Shown in pieces: positions 24,848 to 38,053 of a stretch of 64,000 nucleotides of DNA. Source of the stretch: Raillietiella orientalis (Eukaryota). Position 1 is the stretch's first letter. Each line of letters begins with the position of its first letter. The DNA is taken from assembly GCA_036172245.1 (NCBI GenBank), contig JAYWIR010000044.1:992001-1056000 (forward strand). Reading direction: 5' to 3'. The notes below the pieces were generated by a model, which was not told the DNA's origin, ran no database searches, and saw only the letters and a program-made list of their open reading frames with translations. Both the position numbers and the translations under genes were made by a program.

Positions 24848-27636
24848 ATCGCATCGGACGAACGGTTCCAAATTCTCCACCATCTTCATTTCCCTCTCAT
24901 TTCCTCTTCCCTTCCGTATCAGGCGATGGCGTCCATTCCATAAACGCTCAGTTCGCTCCGCACCCGCTGGAGCCAGTTCTTCTTGGCGTCATGTTCCCGG
25001 CGTTTTCTTCATCGGCAAGATGTCCCGAGCGATGGATGCCCCCTGCGGCCGCGTTGGATGAGACATCTCGTTTCTCGAAGATTTCACAGCCACGAGATCT
25101 CTAGCCTTCGCAACGACTCCCCATCGTGGGGGTCCTAGGACCTTGGAAAGACAGCTGCTAGAGTCCCTCCGTCGATGCAGAAAGGCAGCGGGTCTTTGCA
25201 TGTGGTCTGCTTCCTTCCCTGCGCCCTTCCGAGAGTCCTCAAGGTGGTATCGAAGGAGCAGGCGGCGTCCGGGAAGACCATCCCTGTTGCTTTGTTCAGG
25301 AACGGGAGGGAGCTCAATCCAGCGGTGAACTCATGTTACTTCCCTGCTACCTTCGATCGCACACCTCAACCGGTGAAGAGTGCTCTGCGTCGCCGGATGC
25401 CCAGGAGAGAGTGGCCGAGACGCGGAGCCTCCCCTCGGACTTGGGATCTTTTGCAACGGCGGATCTAGCCTAGGATGCCGACCCGGGAACCGTTGATCCT
25501 GGCAGCAGGAAAGCCGGATCGAGTCCCTCTCTGCCTCGTCCTTGAAGCCACTTTGAGGAAGAAGTGTGCGCCTTCGCCATCTATGTTTGCGGGGGAGGAC
25601 TGTCAGGAGTCATTCGGACGTGCTCCCATCCTCGGGCCCTCTTTTCAGAAAGCGACTGCCAAGTGGCCACTCCCGGGAAAAGCAAGACGAAGGAAATATC
25701 GTGGCGGTGACAAAGGAATTCTGAAACATCCTGCAGACCTTCGCGATTGTGGGCTCGTTCGAGCCGGCTGAGTCAGGACCCGCTGTGTGCCGCTGTTCCC
25801 AAAGCAGAGTTCAATTCCGGTTCTGGAGAGCTCCGTAGATGGCGTCAGGGATCCGGAAAGCGAGTAGGACACGTCCCAAGGACAGAACGGAGGCGGAGGC
25901 AAGGGTCTCTGGAATGCTGATCAGTATGCCAATCTCTCGAGCCGTCGAGCTAGCTCGCGAAGGAACGGGAAGACCGGTAGGGGGCCAAAATTCGGATTTT
26001 CCAAATGGCATCCCGACTTCAATCCCCCAAAAGCAATGAGTCAGCTCCCCTGCTTCCTTTCTACCTCTTTTTCGCACGGGGTCGCATTCGCTCCTAGAAT
26101 CGCTGTTCAACGTCCCCTGCACCAGGAGCTCAGGGTGGAGTGAGCAGCTTCCGCTTGGGAGCGAGAGAGGCTGCTCTTCTTTGATCCCGTAGGAAAAGTT
26201 GATGGTGGAGGATGGAAGCAAAAATGGCGGCGCGCACGCTCACCAATGCTATCCTGCCATTACGGTCGAGACGCAAGCAGCCTCACGGCGACCTAAGGGA
26301 GCGGCGTATCGGCGCCGGAACTCTGGATCGTCCCTGACAGCAAAGAGCGGCGACTTTCCCCCGAGTCTCCTTAGATCCTGGTGCCACAGTGCTTTCCGAG
26401 ACATGCCGGGAACCATGCCGTCAAAAGACAGGCTCTCCAGGGAGACGAACGGCAGCATTCCCGTCCCATTCCGCATGCGATTCCCGGAAATGGCGGAATA
26501 AATCTTTTCCCAGCGCGCTCCCCCGATGCATCGGCTCTGCTCCCCAAGTTGCTCCCGTCGCATCGCTTTCTCTCTTCGGCGTACATTTTCCACGTGGTTC
26601 TCCCTCGAGATCGCCACCTGCATTCCCTTGCTGCTGCAACCTCAGGACACACCCCATTGTACGTTCGTCTTCGAAAGGCTCCTGCTCCGCGCGCGCAGGA
26701 ACGGATGCCCCGAACCGACTCGTCAGACATCAATACTCCAGTCGGTCGCGCCTGAGAGCTCAGCGTCAGGTCTTGGTGGAGTATTTGCTACTACCACCAA
26801 GATCCGCGCAAACGGCGGCTCCAGGCGGGCTCGCGCCCAAACCCTTCTGCGCTCACCGTCGCGACCCTCCTCTCCAGAACCTGAGGAACCTGCCATCTTC
26901 CGGAACGCGTCCGGAAGTCAGGAACGGCTCTGTCCCCGGGTATATCGACTCTTCAGCGCTATACATTTTCAGGGTCGGTTGCTTCTGAAGTGGATCGTTA
27001 CACATTCCTCAGAGGATTCCGACTTCCATGGCCACCGTCCTGATTGTTTCTAGCGCATGTACGAACGGTTTCCTGCAACCAGACACTACCGTTCCTACAT
27101 GGACCAACAACACTGAAGCGAGCCCGGAGATGCGACAGCAACTGCTGCGCTCCTTCTACAAGAATCGCTCGTTGGAGGATGTCACCGTGCAGCAGCCCAC
27201 CACATGTGGGTGGCCGCAGAGAAACTCTCTAGCTGCGGCACTTTACTTCCTCAGGGAGTTCCTGGGCACTAATGAGCCGGCCAAATGGAAGGTCCGATGT
27301 GAGATCAGTGGAAGAGCTAAGGAATGAGGTGGCTGGACCTCGGGCCAGCTCACGAACTTTGCGACCCCAAGTGCACCACCGATAGGACTATTGCGCTGCA
27401 GTGAGCTGCTGGGAATCCCACGGGAAGACCTCGAGTGGCCCACAGAGCTGAAGAACAGTCAGGCCCTCCCCCTGAAGTGACGGGAGTCGGCACTTCTGCT
27501 GTTGCACTGGAGTCTCCCGTAGAACGGCTGCCGGTCTCACTGGACCCGAAGGGCTGTAAATCCGAACTGTGGCAGGAGCGGGGAACGAGAATCACAGCTC
27601 CCTCACCTGTTTGTAGGCTGTGTTGCCCTTCGGCCC

Positions 27637-27923
27637 TGTGGTTGCGTTATGCAACGGCCCTTGGTGCACCGATTGGTTGGTATTCGAGATGGTGCATACA
27701 GTGTTTGTGACACAAGTCGCATTCTAGATGAATTCATGCCTACTCGGGGACTAAAGGCTTTTTTGTCGAAATACGTAGACGAATCTGCTGTGTTACACCA
27801 TCGTTCTCGTTCTGAAGATGACAATCCCCCTTCTCCAGTAACAAATGATCTCGATTCTTCTCATTTTCTTTGTCATGCTCTTAAGCTTGTGGTTGCGTTA
27901 TGCAACGGCCCTTGGCGCACCGA
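27637..27923. repeat. 215-bp AT-richer insert flanked by a 36-bp direct repeat
   Basis: tgtggttgcgttatgcaacggcccttgg(t/c)gcaccga at 27637-27672 and 27888-27923 (1 mismatch). Confidence 0.9.
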
Positions 27924-28399
27924 CGGACAATCCCAGGGGCGCCTCTTCGTGCGCGATGCCCTTTCGCCTGCCGTATCCTCAGAAGCTCTTTGCTGTTGCC
28001 TGTGAGTGATCGCGGCAGCCCAGGGCCAGCAAGAGGGGGACGGCACGATAGGGACTCCATCTGCTCCGCCCTGAGCTCCATGAGGACGGCAGCTAAATGG
28101 CCTCACCTGGAGCATACTCGAATGGAACTTGCCGGCATCCTGGAAAGAATGCAGAGGACGTCCTCCAGCACCCAGTGATCCGTTCCCGAACCTTCTCAAT
28201 CCTTTAGTATGTATTTTTTTGTTTTATTTTTAATTTTGTTTTCCTTTTCCCGCTCCGCTGCCGAGGCGAACCTCTCCGGCCTGCGTGCCGGTTACTCGGC
28301 AGGTTCCGAGCATTTTCGGACAATGTAGGGCCGATGGTCCTACACATGTATGTTTATTTTTTATAATAAGTGTCCCGGAAGGCGATAAACCAAGTTTCG

Positions 28400-29050
28400 C
28401 GATCTTTTCCTTCGATGAAGGACAGCAGCCGGTCCAGCTGGTGACCGAGGGACGACAAATGGGGAGCAGACCCATCCGAGGAAGGGGGAGAAGAAGGGAC
28501 GGCCAGCTGCGCAGCACGGGAGGCACGAAGTGGGAGAACGCGTGACCTCGACTCGGGTAGGGCGCGACTGCTGATGCTATAGGGAAGGAGTATCTCGGAA
28601 AAAGGGAGGACGGAAGAAACACTCCCGTGTTCGGCTCGTGCGAGGCGAGGGTGCAGGGGTCGGCAGGGAGGCGGGGTTCTTGCGATCGCTGACCACCGGA
28701 GACCAGTGCTTCTTCCCAGAACCGTGTGCCCGGGAAGACTCGTGCGGAGACGCTTCCCAGCCTCCTTACTTCCTGTCCTCCCCTTCCCACCTCCTCTTCG
28801 AAAGCCTCCGCCAACGTGCGGAGGCTGGGATGCGCATGGTGGGTGTCGCCGCACGTGCTCGGGGTGCCGACCTTCGTCGCTGCACCTAATGTCTTCGCAG
28901 CACCGGCTGAAAGATGGAACAGGTCCACCAGGGTCGCCTCAGTCCGAAAGGTACCATGGGTGGGAGAAGCGCGTGGACGAGCGATGGCGCCCTGTCGGCG
29001 GTGAGACGCAGCTGCCCTCGGCCGGCATCGGAGCGACGCGCTCCCTTCGA
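28400..29050 (-). mobile_element. LINE RT domains 5-7/thumb remnant
   Basis: ORF 28230..28928 contains DLFHLSAGA, VRRLG, FWEEAL and LPLPRMGLL, in RT order. Confidence 0.5.
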
Positions 29051-29747
29051 CGATGCCACCCGGGTACGCCGGGATGTTTATTAAAACGCTTCATCTGTCA
29101 GTACAGAACGTGGTACAAGGCTCCACTAACGGCCACGCAATACCGGACCTGCCGGGACACCTGGACGCAGCCCGGTGTGACTCTCCTCGGCAGTGGAAGG
29201 GGATGGGAGGAAAAACAAAAAGGAAAATAAACCAGTGAACAAAAAAAAATAGAGTTTTTTTGGGGAAGGGAAGGGATCACAGTCCACTGGGAGGAGGGTC
29301 CATCCTTAGCAGGATACCCTCGAGGTCGTCCTTCAAGCTTCCCAGCTGGGACCATCCAATAGCTCTCCGCAGGAAGTGAACAGCATACGGGATGACAGCC
29401 ATCGCGTTTGAATCCACTCCTTCGCCGCAGGTATCGCTCCAGGCCGCCACGATGCCTCGGATACAGCAGAGTGCTGCCACGGCTGCAGCTGGCTGAAGGG
29501 CGTCCCGCACGAAGAGAAGGCGGAGAACGTCTCTGGTTGGCTGCCCACCGGGAGCCCGAGGCTCGTCCCAAACCGTTCCCAGAGGGGTCGGAGGGCAGCA
29601 CAGTCAACAAGTAGGCGGGAGAGCGATTCCCGCTCTCCGCACCTGGCACACTGAGGCACGCGCACCCTTCGTCGAAGGGAGCGCGTTGCTCCGCAGCCGG
29701 CCGAGGGCAGCCGCGTCTCGCCAGCGACAGGGCGCCATCGCTCGACC
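28975..29747. repeat. 79-bp inverted repeat pair (28975-29053 / 29669-29747)
   Basis: Arms are reverse complements at about 90% by manual alignment. Confidence 0.9.
29057..29665 (-). mobile_element. LINE 3' end: zf-RVT, ORF2 C-terminus and 3' UTR
   Basis: CARCGERESLSRLLVDCAALRPLW (zf-RVT-like), C-terminal DDLEGILLRMDPPPSGL*, and UTR ending AATAAA-catcccggcgtacccggg. Confidence 0.8.
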
Positions 29748-30152
29748 GCCAGCTGTGCTTTCGCCGCACCTTTGGCCTCCCGCGGCGCCTACAGATGTTG
29801 CCTTCCGGCCCGGGGCCCGGGCCAGTAAAGGAGATCGGGCGGCAGTGGGGCGCATCCGTGGACGGAGGAGTCTCTGAGTTTCCGGGAAAAAACCACCGTC
29901 GTCCATCGGAGATCACCACTCTCACACAAAAGAAGGCTGCAGCCATTCGCCTTGGGCGGATCCCTGAATGTTCATTTCCGCTAGGAAGGAAGGGAAGGGT
30001 TCGAGTGCTCAAATGGTGAGGAACAGTGGCCCTCGTGGACCCGAAAGATGGCAACTCCAGAAGAAACCGCTCCTTGTGGGCAGACGAGCTGCGACCACCT
30101 GAGCAGTTCCGGGGTTCCGAAGGAAGAGAGGGAGGGAGGAGGTGCAGGGTGA

Positions 30153-30295
30153 TTGATGCTGCTGCTGCTGCTGATGATGATGACAGCGACGACGATGCTG
30201 ACAACGACAACAATGCTGATGATGACAATGACAACGATGATGATGATGACAAAGACGGCGGAAACGATGATCATAATGATGAGGAGGAGGAGGAG
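30153..30295. repeat. Degenerate trinucleotide microsatellite (GCT/GAT/GAC/GAG)
   Basis: Direct inspection. Confidence 0.85.
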
Positions 30296-31631
30296 GGAAA
30301 AGGAGGGAGGAGGGAAGGAGGTGGACGGTGAACTCGCATTCCGCCTTCGGGGGAGGAGGAAGAGCAGGAGGAGGAGGCGAATCGGGCTACTCCGGCTTTC
30401 TGAGGAGCGTTAATCTTCCTCCCGTGCTCCAGGAAGACAAATGGTCCCCCCCGAAGGAATTTGCGCTCCTGCCGGAATTAAGAGAGTCGTCCTTTGATCT
30501 GATAACAACGAGCGCGCTCCTCCGCTGAGGCGGCGTCTCGGCTGAGAATGCGTCTCTTCGAACGACCATCGATCTTGTGGAGGTTGCTGAGGACGCAAAG
30601 AAATGCTTCCGGAGCTCTTTCGCAATAAATGGGAATTTCGAATTAATGATTGAATCTTGCCGCGCCAGAGGATCTGTAAATTTCATCTCCATCTCGGGGA
30701 CCTCGCTGTGCTCCGTTGATCCTCATCGTTCCTGAAGAGAAGTCCGCGGGAAAACAGAATGATGCTGAGTAGTCGGAGCACCTGCGTTCGTTACGGATGC
30801 CGCACGACTTCTGCGGTCTTCCGCAGTCCCGAAGAGAAATCGAAAGAGGGTGAACGGGAAGAGGACGCGTCGCGAGAGCCCAACCAACCACAGGCGGTTG
30901 AGCACTTCAATCCGACCGCAAGCTCGAGGAGAGCTTCCCTGGCGACCGTCGGTGCTTCCCGGACCAGTTTGCCATGCCTCCCGACGAGCGAGCCTCACGG
31001 TCTCATGGTGGTTTATCCTTCCCGACTTCCTTCGGGTTCCGACGCCCCACAGACAGAGGCAGGGGGCTCTCCACATCGTGCACCTACCGCGACCCACCCC
31101 ACTCACTGTCCCTGCAGGCTGGGCATCATCAATTCTGCCACCAGTCGTTAACTCCATTAGAAAACACCTCCATCGGCATCGATCGGCTAAGGAAATAAAA
31201 GCTCATTCAGCCGGAAATTCGATTTGCACTTCCGGACAACGACTCCTTCGTGAGATGAACAAACTTGTTTGCCGCAGACGAAGAAGACACCGCCTATGTG
31301 ACCCGGGCAGCGGAGATAGACTTAATTTTTTCTCCAGGCGTGAGGGAGAAAGTTTTTGGGAAGAAGGGGGAGCATGCTGATCTCGTTAGAGTTCTTCCTC
31401 GCGACAGGTTCCCGGGAGGAACGTCAACACGGGGGCAGGCCCTTTGCCGCCACGCCATCCTCGCCTCGCACCGCAGACTCCGCGAGAAGCAACCAGGGTG
31501 AGCGAGCGCCAATCGCCAGGCAACGGACGCGTTCGAGCGAGAGGATTTCGCACGCACCGCCGCGAAAACCCATCACCGCTGCGGCGGCGACTAGCACCCA
31601 CGACGACTGGCGGACCAGCTGGCGCTGGTTG

Positions 31632-33150
31632 ACACCCGGTCACGCAGGGGCATTTATGTACAAAATAAACATACACGTCTGTGGCAGGACGTGTGATCCT
31701 GCCGCGTTAGTTGTAACTACGAGAAGGAACCCGCCAGGAACTGGAACGCAGGCCAGCGGGGTTCGACTCGGCAGCACAGGGGAAGGGGAGACAAACAAAA
31801 AGAAAAAATTAAACATAAGAAAAATACAGTCAAAAAACGGGGAGGGTTCGGGAAGGGATGACTGTGTGCTGGAGGGCGTCCTCTGCATCTTCGTAAGAAT
31901 GCCGCCAATTTCAAGACTGTTTCAAGACTCCCAGATGGGGTCATCTTGGGGCCATCCTCATAAAGAGGACAGCAAAGATAGATGGCCTCCTCTGGTGTTG
32001 CTCCATGCTGCTGCGATCCCGCTGAGAGGGCAGCATAGTGTTGCTAGGGATGCGGTCTGCCGGCGTGAGGGCGTCGCTCGGGAAGAAGAGCCTTCAAACG
32101 TCCGTGGCGTGGCCAGCGGGGGTTCCAAGGATCGCGGCAAAGCGTTCTCAAAGAGGCCGGAGTGCAACACCGTCCACTAGGAGGTGCCGGAGGGATTCCC
32201 ACTCCCCTCACCTTGCACAGTTTCGATACACAGATGCCGGCGGGCGTTGCGGGACGAGAGACTCCAGTGCATCATCATCAACGCCGACTTCCGACACTTC
32301 AAGGGAAGCGCGCGGGTGTTCGTGAGCACCGGGGGCCACTGCAGGTCTTCCTCCGGAATACATAATAGCATGCCCCAGTGCAAAAGTTCACGAGGTCGGG
32401 CACTCGGGATGGCAGCGTCGGTGAGCTGGCCCATCGTCCACTCCCCCATTCTTTTCCTCCTTCCGGAGGTTCCCACGGTAACCTCCCATCTAACCTTGAG
32501 GCTGCGGCCCATGTGTTTTCTAAGGAAGGGCAGCGCGGCGGCAAAGGAGGTTCTGTTTGCCCATGCACTCTTCGAGGTATCCTCCAGGAACTCCCGGAGC
32601 GTGAAGTTGTTGTTACGCGCGTACAGGAAACGTCGCACCTGTTCCGCGCTTGGCTCCTGGATCCTCGCCCACTTGCAGCCAGGGAATACCGTTCGCGGGG
32701 CGGCACGGGATCCATCCGTTTTTCCTGGCCAGCGTGGCTACCTGCCGAAGGTGCAGTCCGCAGTGGATGAGACTGCATGGAGGGCACTCAAGGAAGGAGG
32801 CGAGTCCCAGGCTGCCGGTGGCTCGCTAGACGAGAGGACGTGCAGGTTGGCACCAGGTGGTGTTCCAGAGGTTTGGTATGAGGGCCAGTGTCCGAAACAA
32901 GAGCTGCAGCTCTATTCGCTCCAGCATCAAGAGTCCTAGGCCTCCGTCTCGGCACGGAAGTCCTTCAGGAGGACTCCGGGTCTCCCTTTGACTCAGAGGA
33001 CGATTCGGAGGAGGTCCTTTGTCCGCTTCCTGATGCTGCATGGTAGAGGACAAACAAGACGACGGAGGCGGATGTGGGGGTCCACGGATGTGTTCCACAC
33101 CGCGGCCCGTTCCGGCAGGTGGAATCTGCCTCATTCAAACGGGACGAGCG
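31632..33150 (-). mobile_element. LINE ORF2 3' half (thumb, zf-RVT) plus 3' UTR
   Basis: LPCRDGGLGLL (classic L1 LPxxxGGLG), WPPVL...LPLKCRK...MHWSL (zf-RVT lead-in), GILTKMQRTPSSTQ, and the family 3' UTR/terminal motif. Confidence 0.8.
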
Positions 33151-33379
33151 TCTGCAGTGATTTCTGAAGACGGCTGCTCGCGCCGGTGGGTCGCGGTTGA
33201 CACCGACACTCCCCATCCGCTTGGAGTTTCGCGTTCAGGTCGAACTCCAGCTGGCAGAGGTCATTCGCACCCTGAGGGCGTGCCTCCTTACCATCCGCTT
33301 AACCGAGACCAGACTCCTCGCTTTCATCCCACCCTGGATGGGCGCCAGCTACCCTGAGAGGATGGTGGTGGTGGCGCTC

Positions 33380-33900
33380 ATCGACGGCGATGGTGGTGAT
33401 GAACGAAACGGGCGACGATTATGGGCAAAAGCCGCTGCCGGGAGTCATAGATGAGAATGGTGGCGACGACAACTGGTAATAGGCAACCACGACGACTGAC
33501 GAACCAGCTGGTAACGATAGCGTTGAAGCCGGCGGCCAGGCTGCTCTGAAAACGAGGGCCCCGAGCGACCCACGCTGAGGGGTAATAGTCGTAGTAGACG
33601 TCTGTCCAGGGGACGATCGACCGACCGACCGTCATGATCACCTTGTCTGCGTCCTCTGATGCAGCTGCTGCTGCCGAGACAGGGTGGGATGCTGAGTGCA
33701 GAAACGATTCTTAAGCCGGAGACGGCGACAGCGCCTAAAACAGCGGCAGCGGTCGACGAGGGCAGCTCCGGCGTCCGCCGCTGAGCTTTTGCGAATGGTT
33801 GATACCGAGTTCCAGCCTGGTTGCGGGCCGGCAGTGGACTTGCCTCCGGCTCCGCCCTGGCCACGTGTGGTTTTCCTACCTGTCCTGAGTGATTTCTGTC
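33380..33900 (-). mobile_element. Possible L1 ORF1 (DUF4283-like) remnant
   Basis: IVPWTD......PSAWVA resembles the LxxW....VWV segment of plant L1 ORF1. Confidence 0.3.
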
Positions 33901-34409
33901 CCGGTTCCCCTGGGACAGGTGGATTCCGCTAGGAGGTCCTCTGAGAGGGGTTTGGGTGTCGTTCTGTCTTCATGAAGGTTGCTGTCCGCTCCGCTAACGT
34001 CGGGGCACCACGGCGGCGGCAGCGCAGTGCGGGGTGAACGGTGGTTCGCAGTGCCACCAGCAGTGCGTTCGAATCGGTCGGCTTTGCTCCCGTGACGCCC
34101 GACCCGTCGGCTGTTTTCCGATCAGGACCGCGTCGGCTGCTCTCGAGGTGCGGGTTCTTCTCTTTCGGAAGAGCAAACTCGTTGCAGTCTGCTATCAGCC
34201 GCTGAAAGGAGACGCAGCCCAGCTGCCGTCTCCTTTCTCCGTGAGGGGTTGGATGGCCGCAGCAAGAAGATTGAAATTTCCTTCTGAGAAACATCGGTTC
34301 TCCGGATGAGAGCTGGGAGATTTTCTGGATGGTAGCGATGGCGGCTTGACGAAGGTGGTTACTGCTGCCGGTGATCAACGGAATGCCCCAGCAGATGAGG
34401 AACCACAGA

Positions 34410-34630
34410 AATAAGAGGAAGAGGGATGGAGGAGGAGGAAAATGAAGGAGCTGGAAAGGAGGAAGAGGAGGAAGGGGAAAATGAAAGGAGCAGGAAAGGA
34501 GGAGAAGGAGGAAAAGTGGAATAGACGGAAGGGGAAGGGAGGAGAAAGTTTCAACAGGTTCTTCAAGGGAACTAACTTTTCAAAAAGAATGGACGAAATC
34601 TGCATGCAAGAAGAAGAAGGGAGCAGAGAG
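34410..34630. repeat. Purine-rich low-complexity tract
   Basis: GGA/GAA-rich on the + strand. Confidence 0.75.
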
Positions 34631-37600
34631 AGGTTCTCTCAGGAAGCCACTGCTAGCATTTTCCCCTCTCGATCTGGTGGATGCGGAGGGGATGTTCTCT
34701 CCACCCTGTCACGCAAGCGCATGCCGCGGGACCCTCAGCTGAGTCCATTTTCCGCGGCAGCAAGAATAACTCCAGCTGCGTGTGACCCTGACGTCAGATT
34801 CGAGTCCTTGCACCTCGTCTTCCCATCCTGCTAAAAGAGATCGAGATCTTTTTCTCTCCCTCCCCCCTGCCCATCCGCAACGTGGTCCCAACAGGGGTTG
34901 GGCAATTGTGCACGAAAGGCCAGAGAAGGTCGCCGAGGAAACCGGAAGGTGTGCTTGCGTGCACGGAGAGGACCCGGACGGGTCCGCAGGCGCGCTTTTC
35001 ATCCGCCTCCCCGTTGAGGAATTCGCTGTCCTCAGTGCTGCCCCCCTTCGACCCAACGCGCCGGAGCCGATCGCGGGAGGCGCGTGACTTCTCACATCGC
35101 AGGAGCTAGCGCTCCCTGTTTCCGATGGGGGATTCCAGGAGCGGCCGTCGTCACGCTCAGGTGACGTGCGTTCATCTGTAGCTCTTGCGACCAGCAGGCT
35201 CTTCGAGCGACGCCTTTGTTTGCTCTTCTTCCGATACCCTCAGCAGCTGCAATGGCCGCCGTCTTTTCCATTCTGCCCCGTGCGCGCGCCGTCCGCGCGG
35301 CTGAGCCACCTGTCCGTAGGGAGGGGTCGCTCCTGCGGAGAAAACACCCGCTCGCGTGCGCGGGACGGCTAACGCGCACCTCGAAGCAGAAGGGTGCGTG
35401 CAGTCTCGGAGCACTGACGCCTCCGAGACGCTTCCCGCGCTCAGTGTTCCCTACGGTGACGAAAAAACGCAGAAGAAACTGCCAGTGGATCCCCCCTCCT
35501 TGGGATCGCGAGCTGCCTGGGAGTAGGGACTTTCCACACCAAGGCTGAGGCGCGGCAGAATGCGGTGAATGCGATTTTCCCGCCTACCGCGCGAGACTTC
35601 CAACTTCCAGGGCCAGCGCCCTGCTGTCCATAGCAACCAACGACACCTCCCACGGAGCAAACCCGCGTTTGGTTCATCCCATGACGCCGGTTCTGCTCAC
35701 CGAAACCCTGCAGGCCGGCTTCCGGCGTTTGAGCAAGGCCACCCACTCATTTGATGTCCGGGAACAGCGCCAGGTCATTTGGTCTTGTGACCCTTCGTCC
35801 TTCGCTTCGCCGGATGAGACTCGGTCCCTCCTTCCTTATCGACGAGCGCAGGCTATCCCGAGGGAAACTTTGGAGAGAACCAGTCACTGGGTCCGTCCTT
35901 CGCCTCCTACGCCCAGTATCCCACTATCCACCTGTACTCTATCCAGCATCGCCTCGGGCCACGATCCAAGTCTCCTGTAGCTTCGCCCCGGCCAGACCGT
36001 TTCTCGGCCATCCTTTTCCGGTCCACCTTCCAGTCTCCCGTCTTGCTGTACTCGTCATCAGTTCCGGCTTTCCCTGGACCTCGGGAAACCGTCGCAACGG
36101 CGTTCGTCTGGGACACATAACTGCTTCCTGCCGACAACCACCTTCATGATGCCGGGAGCCGGGTCCTCCGACCTTGGAACGGCAGCAAGGTTCCATCCCG
36201 TTCTGTTTCATTCCCCTTCCCGGAGGTCGGGGAATCGGTCTTTCGGCGGGTTAATTTCTCTAAACGGCACTCTCGCCAGTTCCCATTTCGTTCCGGAAGG
36301 GGGGTGGAGGGGCAGAGAGTGTTGCTGGATGCGTACCTGCGAAGACACTGGCTTAAAGTTCAAGCAAGGCGACGGGAGAATGCCGAAAGCCGAGGTTGCG
36401 AGGGATAACTCAAACGACCCATCGAGTAGCGCAGAGACGTCTTTGACGTCCTGCGAGATTGCAGCGGGCTCCTGCAGCAACGCGAGGGATGCTATCGGAG
36501 TTATGGGAGCCTGTGGGATATACAAGAACAATATAAAAGTCATAAAATGTGCTTCAGCATAGTGCAGTATTTCCCTTTGAAAAAAAAAAATGGAGGGGGG
36601 GGGGGAGAGAGTGAAAAGTGTTTATTTATTTATTTCAATTAAAGCAAAAGAGAGTGCGAGAAGCCTTTAAGAGTTTCTTTGGTATCGTATCGACTTCAGC
36701 TCGTCGTTCCCGTTGAGGGCAAGGGCACACCTGAACTGGACTTCGTTGGAGAACTTTCGAGCAAAGTGAGAAGATTTGACCAACTTGGAGCACGCGTTGC
36801 TCTTGAAAAGACTCCCTTGCTGCCACTCTTCTCCACCGGGACATCCGTATTCACCAGCGGCGTCACGCGGGCCGGCTCACCTCTTTCTATGGGGCCCACT
36901 CATTTCGGTTCCGCCGCCTGGGGCGCCGCGTTGCCAAAGGCGGCCCACTGCTCCGGCACCTCCCATCCCTTATTCCTCACGAAATTCCACAATAAAACAC
37001 ACACACAAAAAAAAACGACAGACACTCGTGCGGATTTTTGTGTGCAGCGTCCGCAAGTCCCTCGATGGGATCCTGGACGTCTTAAAGGAGCGACTCCCTT
37101 TTCTGGAGCACCAACTGGAAAGAAAATGATGGAAAGGCTTTGCGCAGTTTCCTTCTCGGCTGCGGTTCTTTTATTCCATGTCGCGATGTTTCAGGCGCGT
37201 GTTCATCCCGCCCCACGATTTATGCACGGCTGAGAAAAACAGGAGGGAAATGTCACATTTTTGATGGGAACCCTGATTTGTTCCCTTCTACCCAATTCTG
37301 CCCATTTTTCATTTCTCCTTCTACTTCTTTTTTTTGCCCTTTTTTACATTGAACCGAAATTGACAACGAGCTGAGTGAAGCAACCCGAGGTAGCAGACAA
37401 GGCAGCTTCTCGGGATGGCGTGTCCACTATGCGCTCCAGGCGTGCAACTGGCGTGCACGACGACCCTCACCTCCAGGGAGATGTGGGCACACGTGTTTCT
37501 GCCTCGCAACCCCGAAACCGCTCCTCCTCCGCGTAGGACTGCGGGCCACCGGATGCCAGTCCGGTGCAGGGAGTCCACTGGTCAACAGCGCACGGTGGCT

Positions 37601-38053
37601 GAACACCACACGGAGGAAACACGCAGACCAAACAACCGCAGCAACAAGAACAACAAGAGACAAAGAGAGAGAGAGAGAGGGAGGGGGAAGGGGAGAAGAA
37701 GAAACGCGCTTGATTTTCAGCGACCGGCTGGCAGCAAGACATATTCTGCCTGGTACCAGCAAGCGCCAGATAAACACGCTTCCGCCGTAAAGCGTGTTTA
37801 CGACTTTGAAAGCATCGCCATAACCCGTTCCGTCTCTGCAGAAACGCTTCCCTCGAGCCGTACATTGAAGGGCAAATTTATATGCGAATTGTGACGCGGA
37901 AATAGTGCCGAAATTCACGTCATGCACATTAACTGCTTCCTAACGAGAAGATTCAAGCAGCAGAGCCTCTGAAACGGATGGGATGTTCTCTTCTAGAAGG
38001 TGTCTCTTCCACGCCAATGCTTCGACTGGTTCCCTCACGTCTGAGACTTTGGA

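Larger units (their letters stand above)
24180..28385 (+). mobile_element. Most complete decayed L1/Tx1-like ORF2 in the window (APE-RT-zf-RVT-3' UTR)
   Basis: Ordered motifs across frameshifts: SVCILL, RTVPN, PVLLGVMF (~GDFN), EDH, VPLFPK, LQGDE (~YADD), GNGGIN, CRLC (~27610), C-terminal ELAGILERMQRTSSSTQ* (28178), then the family 3' UTR. Confidence 0.7.

Noticed and set aside
29098..30252. 384-aa ORF as a real gene
   Set aside because: Starts in a microsatellite and crosses an inverted-repeat arm and a LINE 3' UTR; a chance GC-rich frame.
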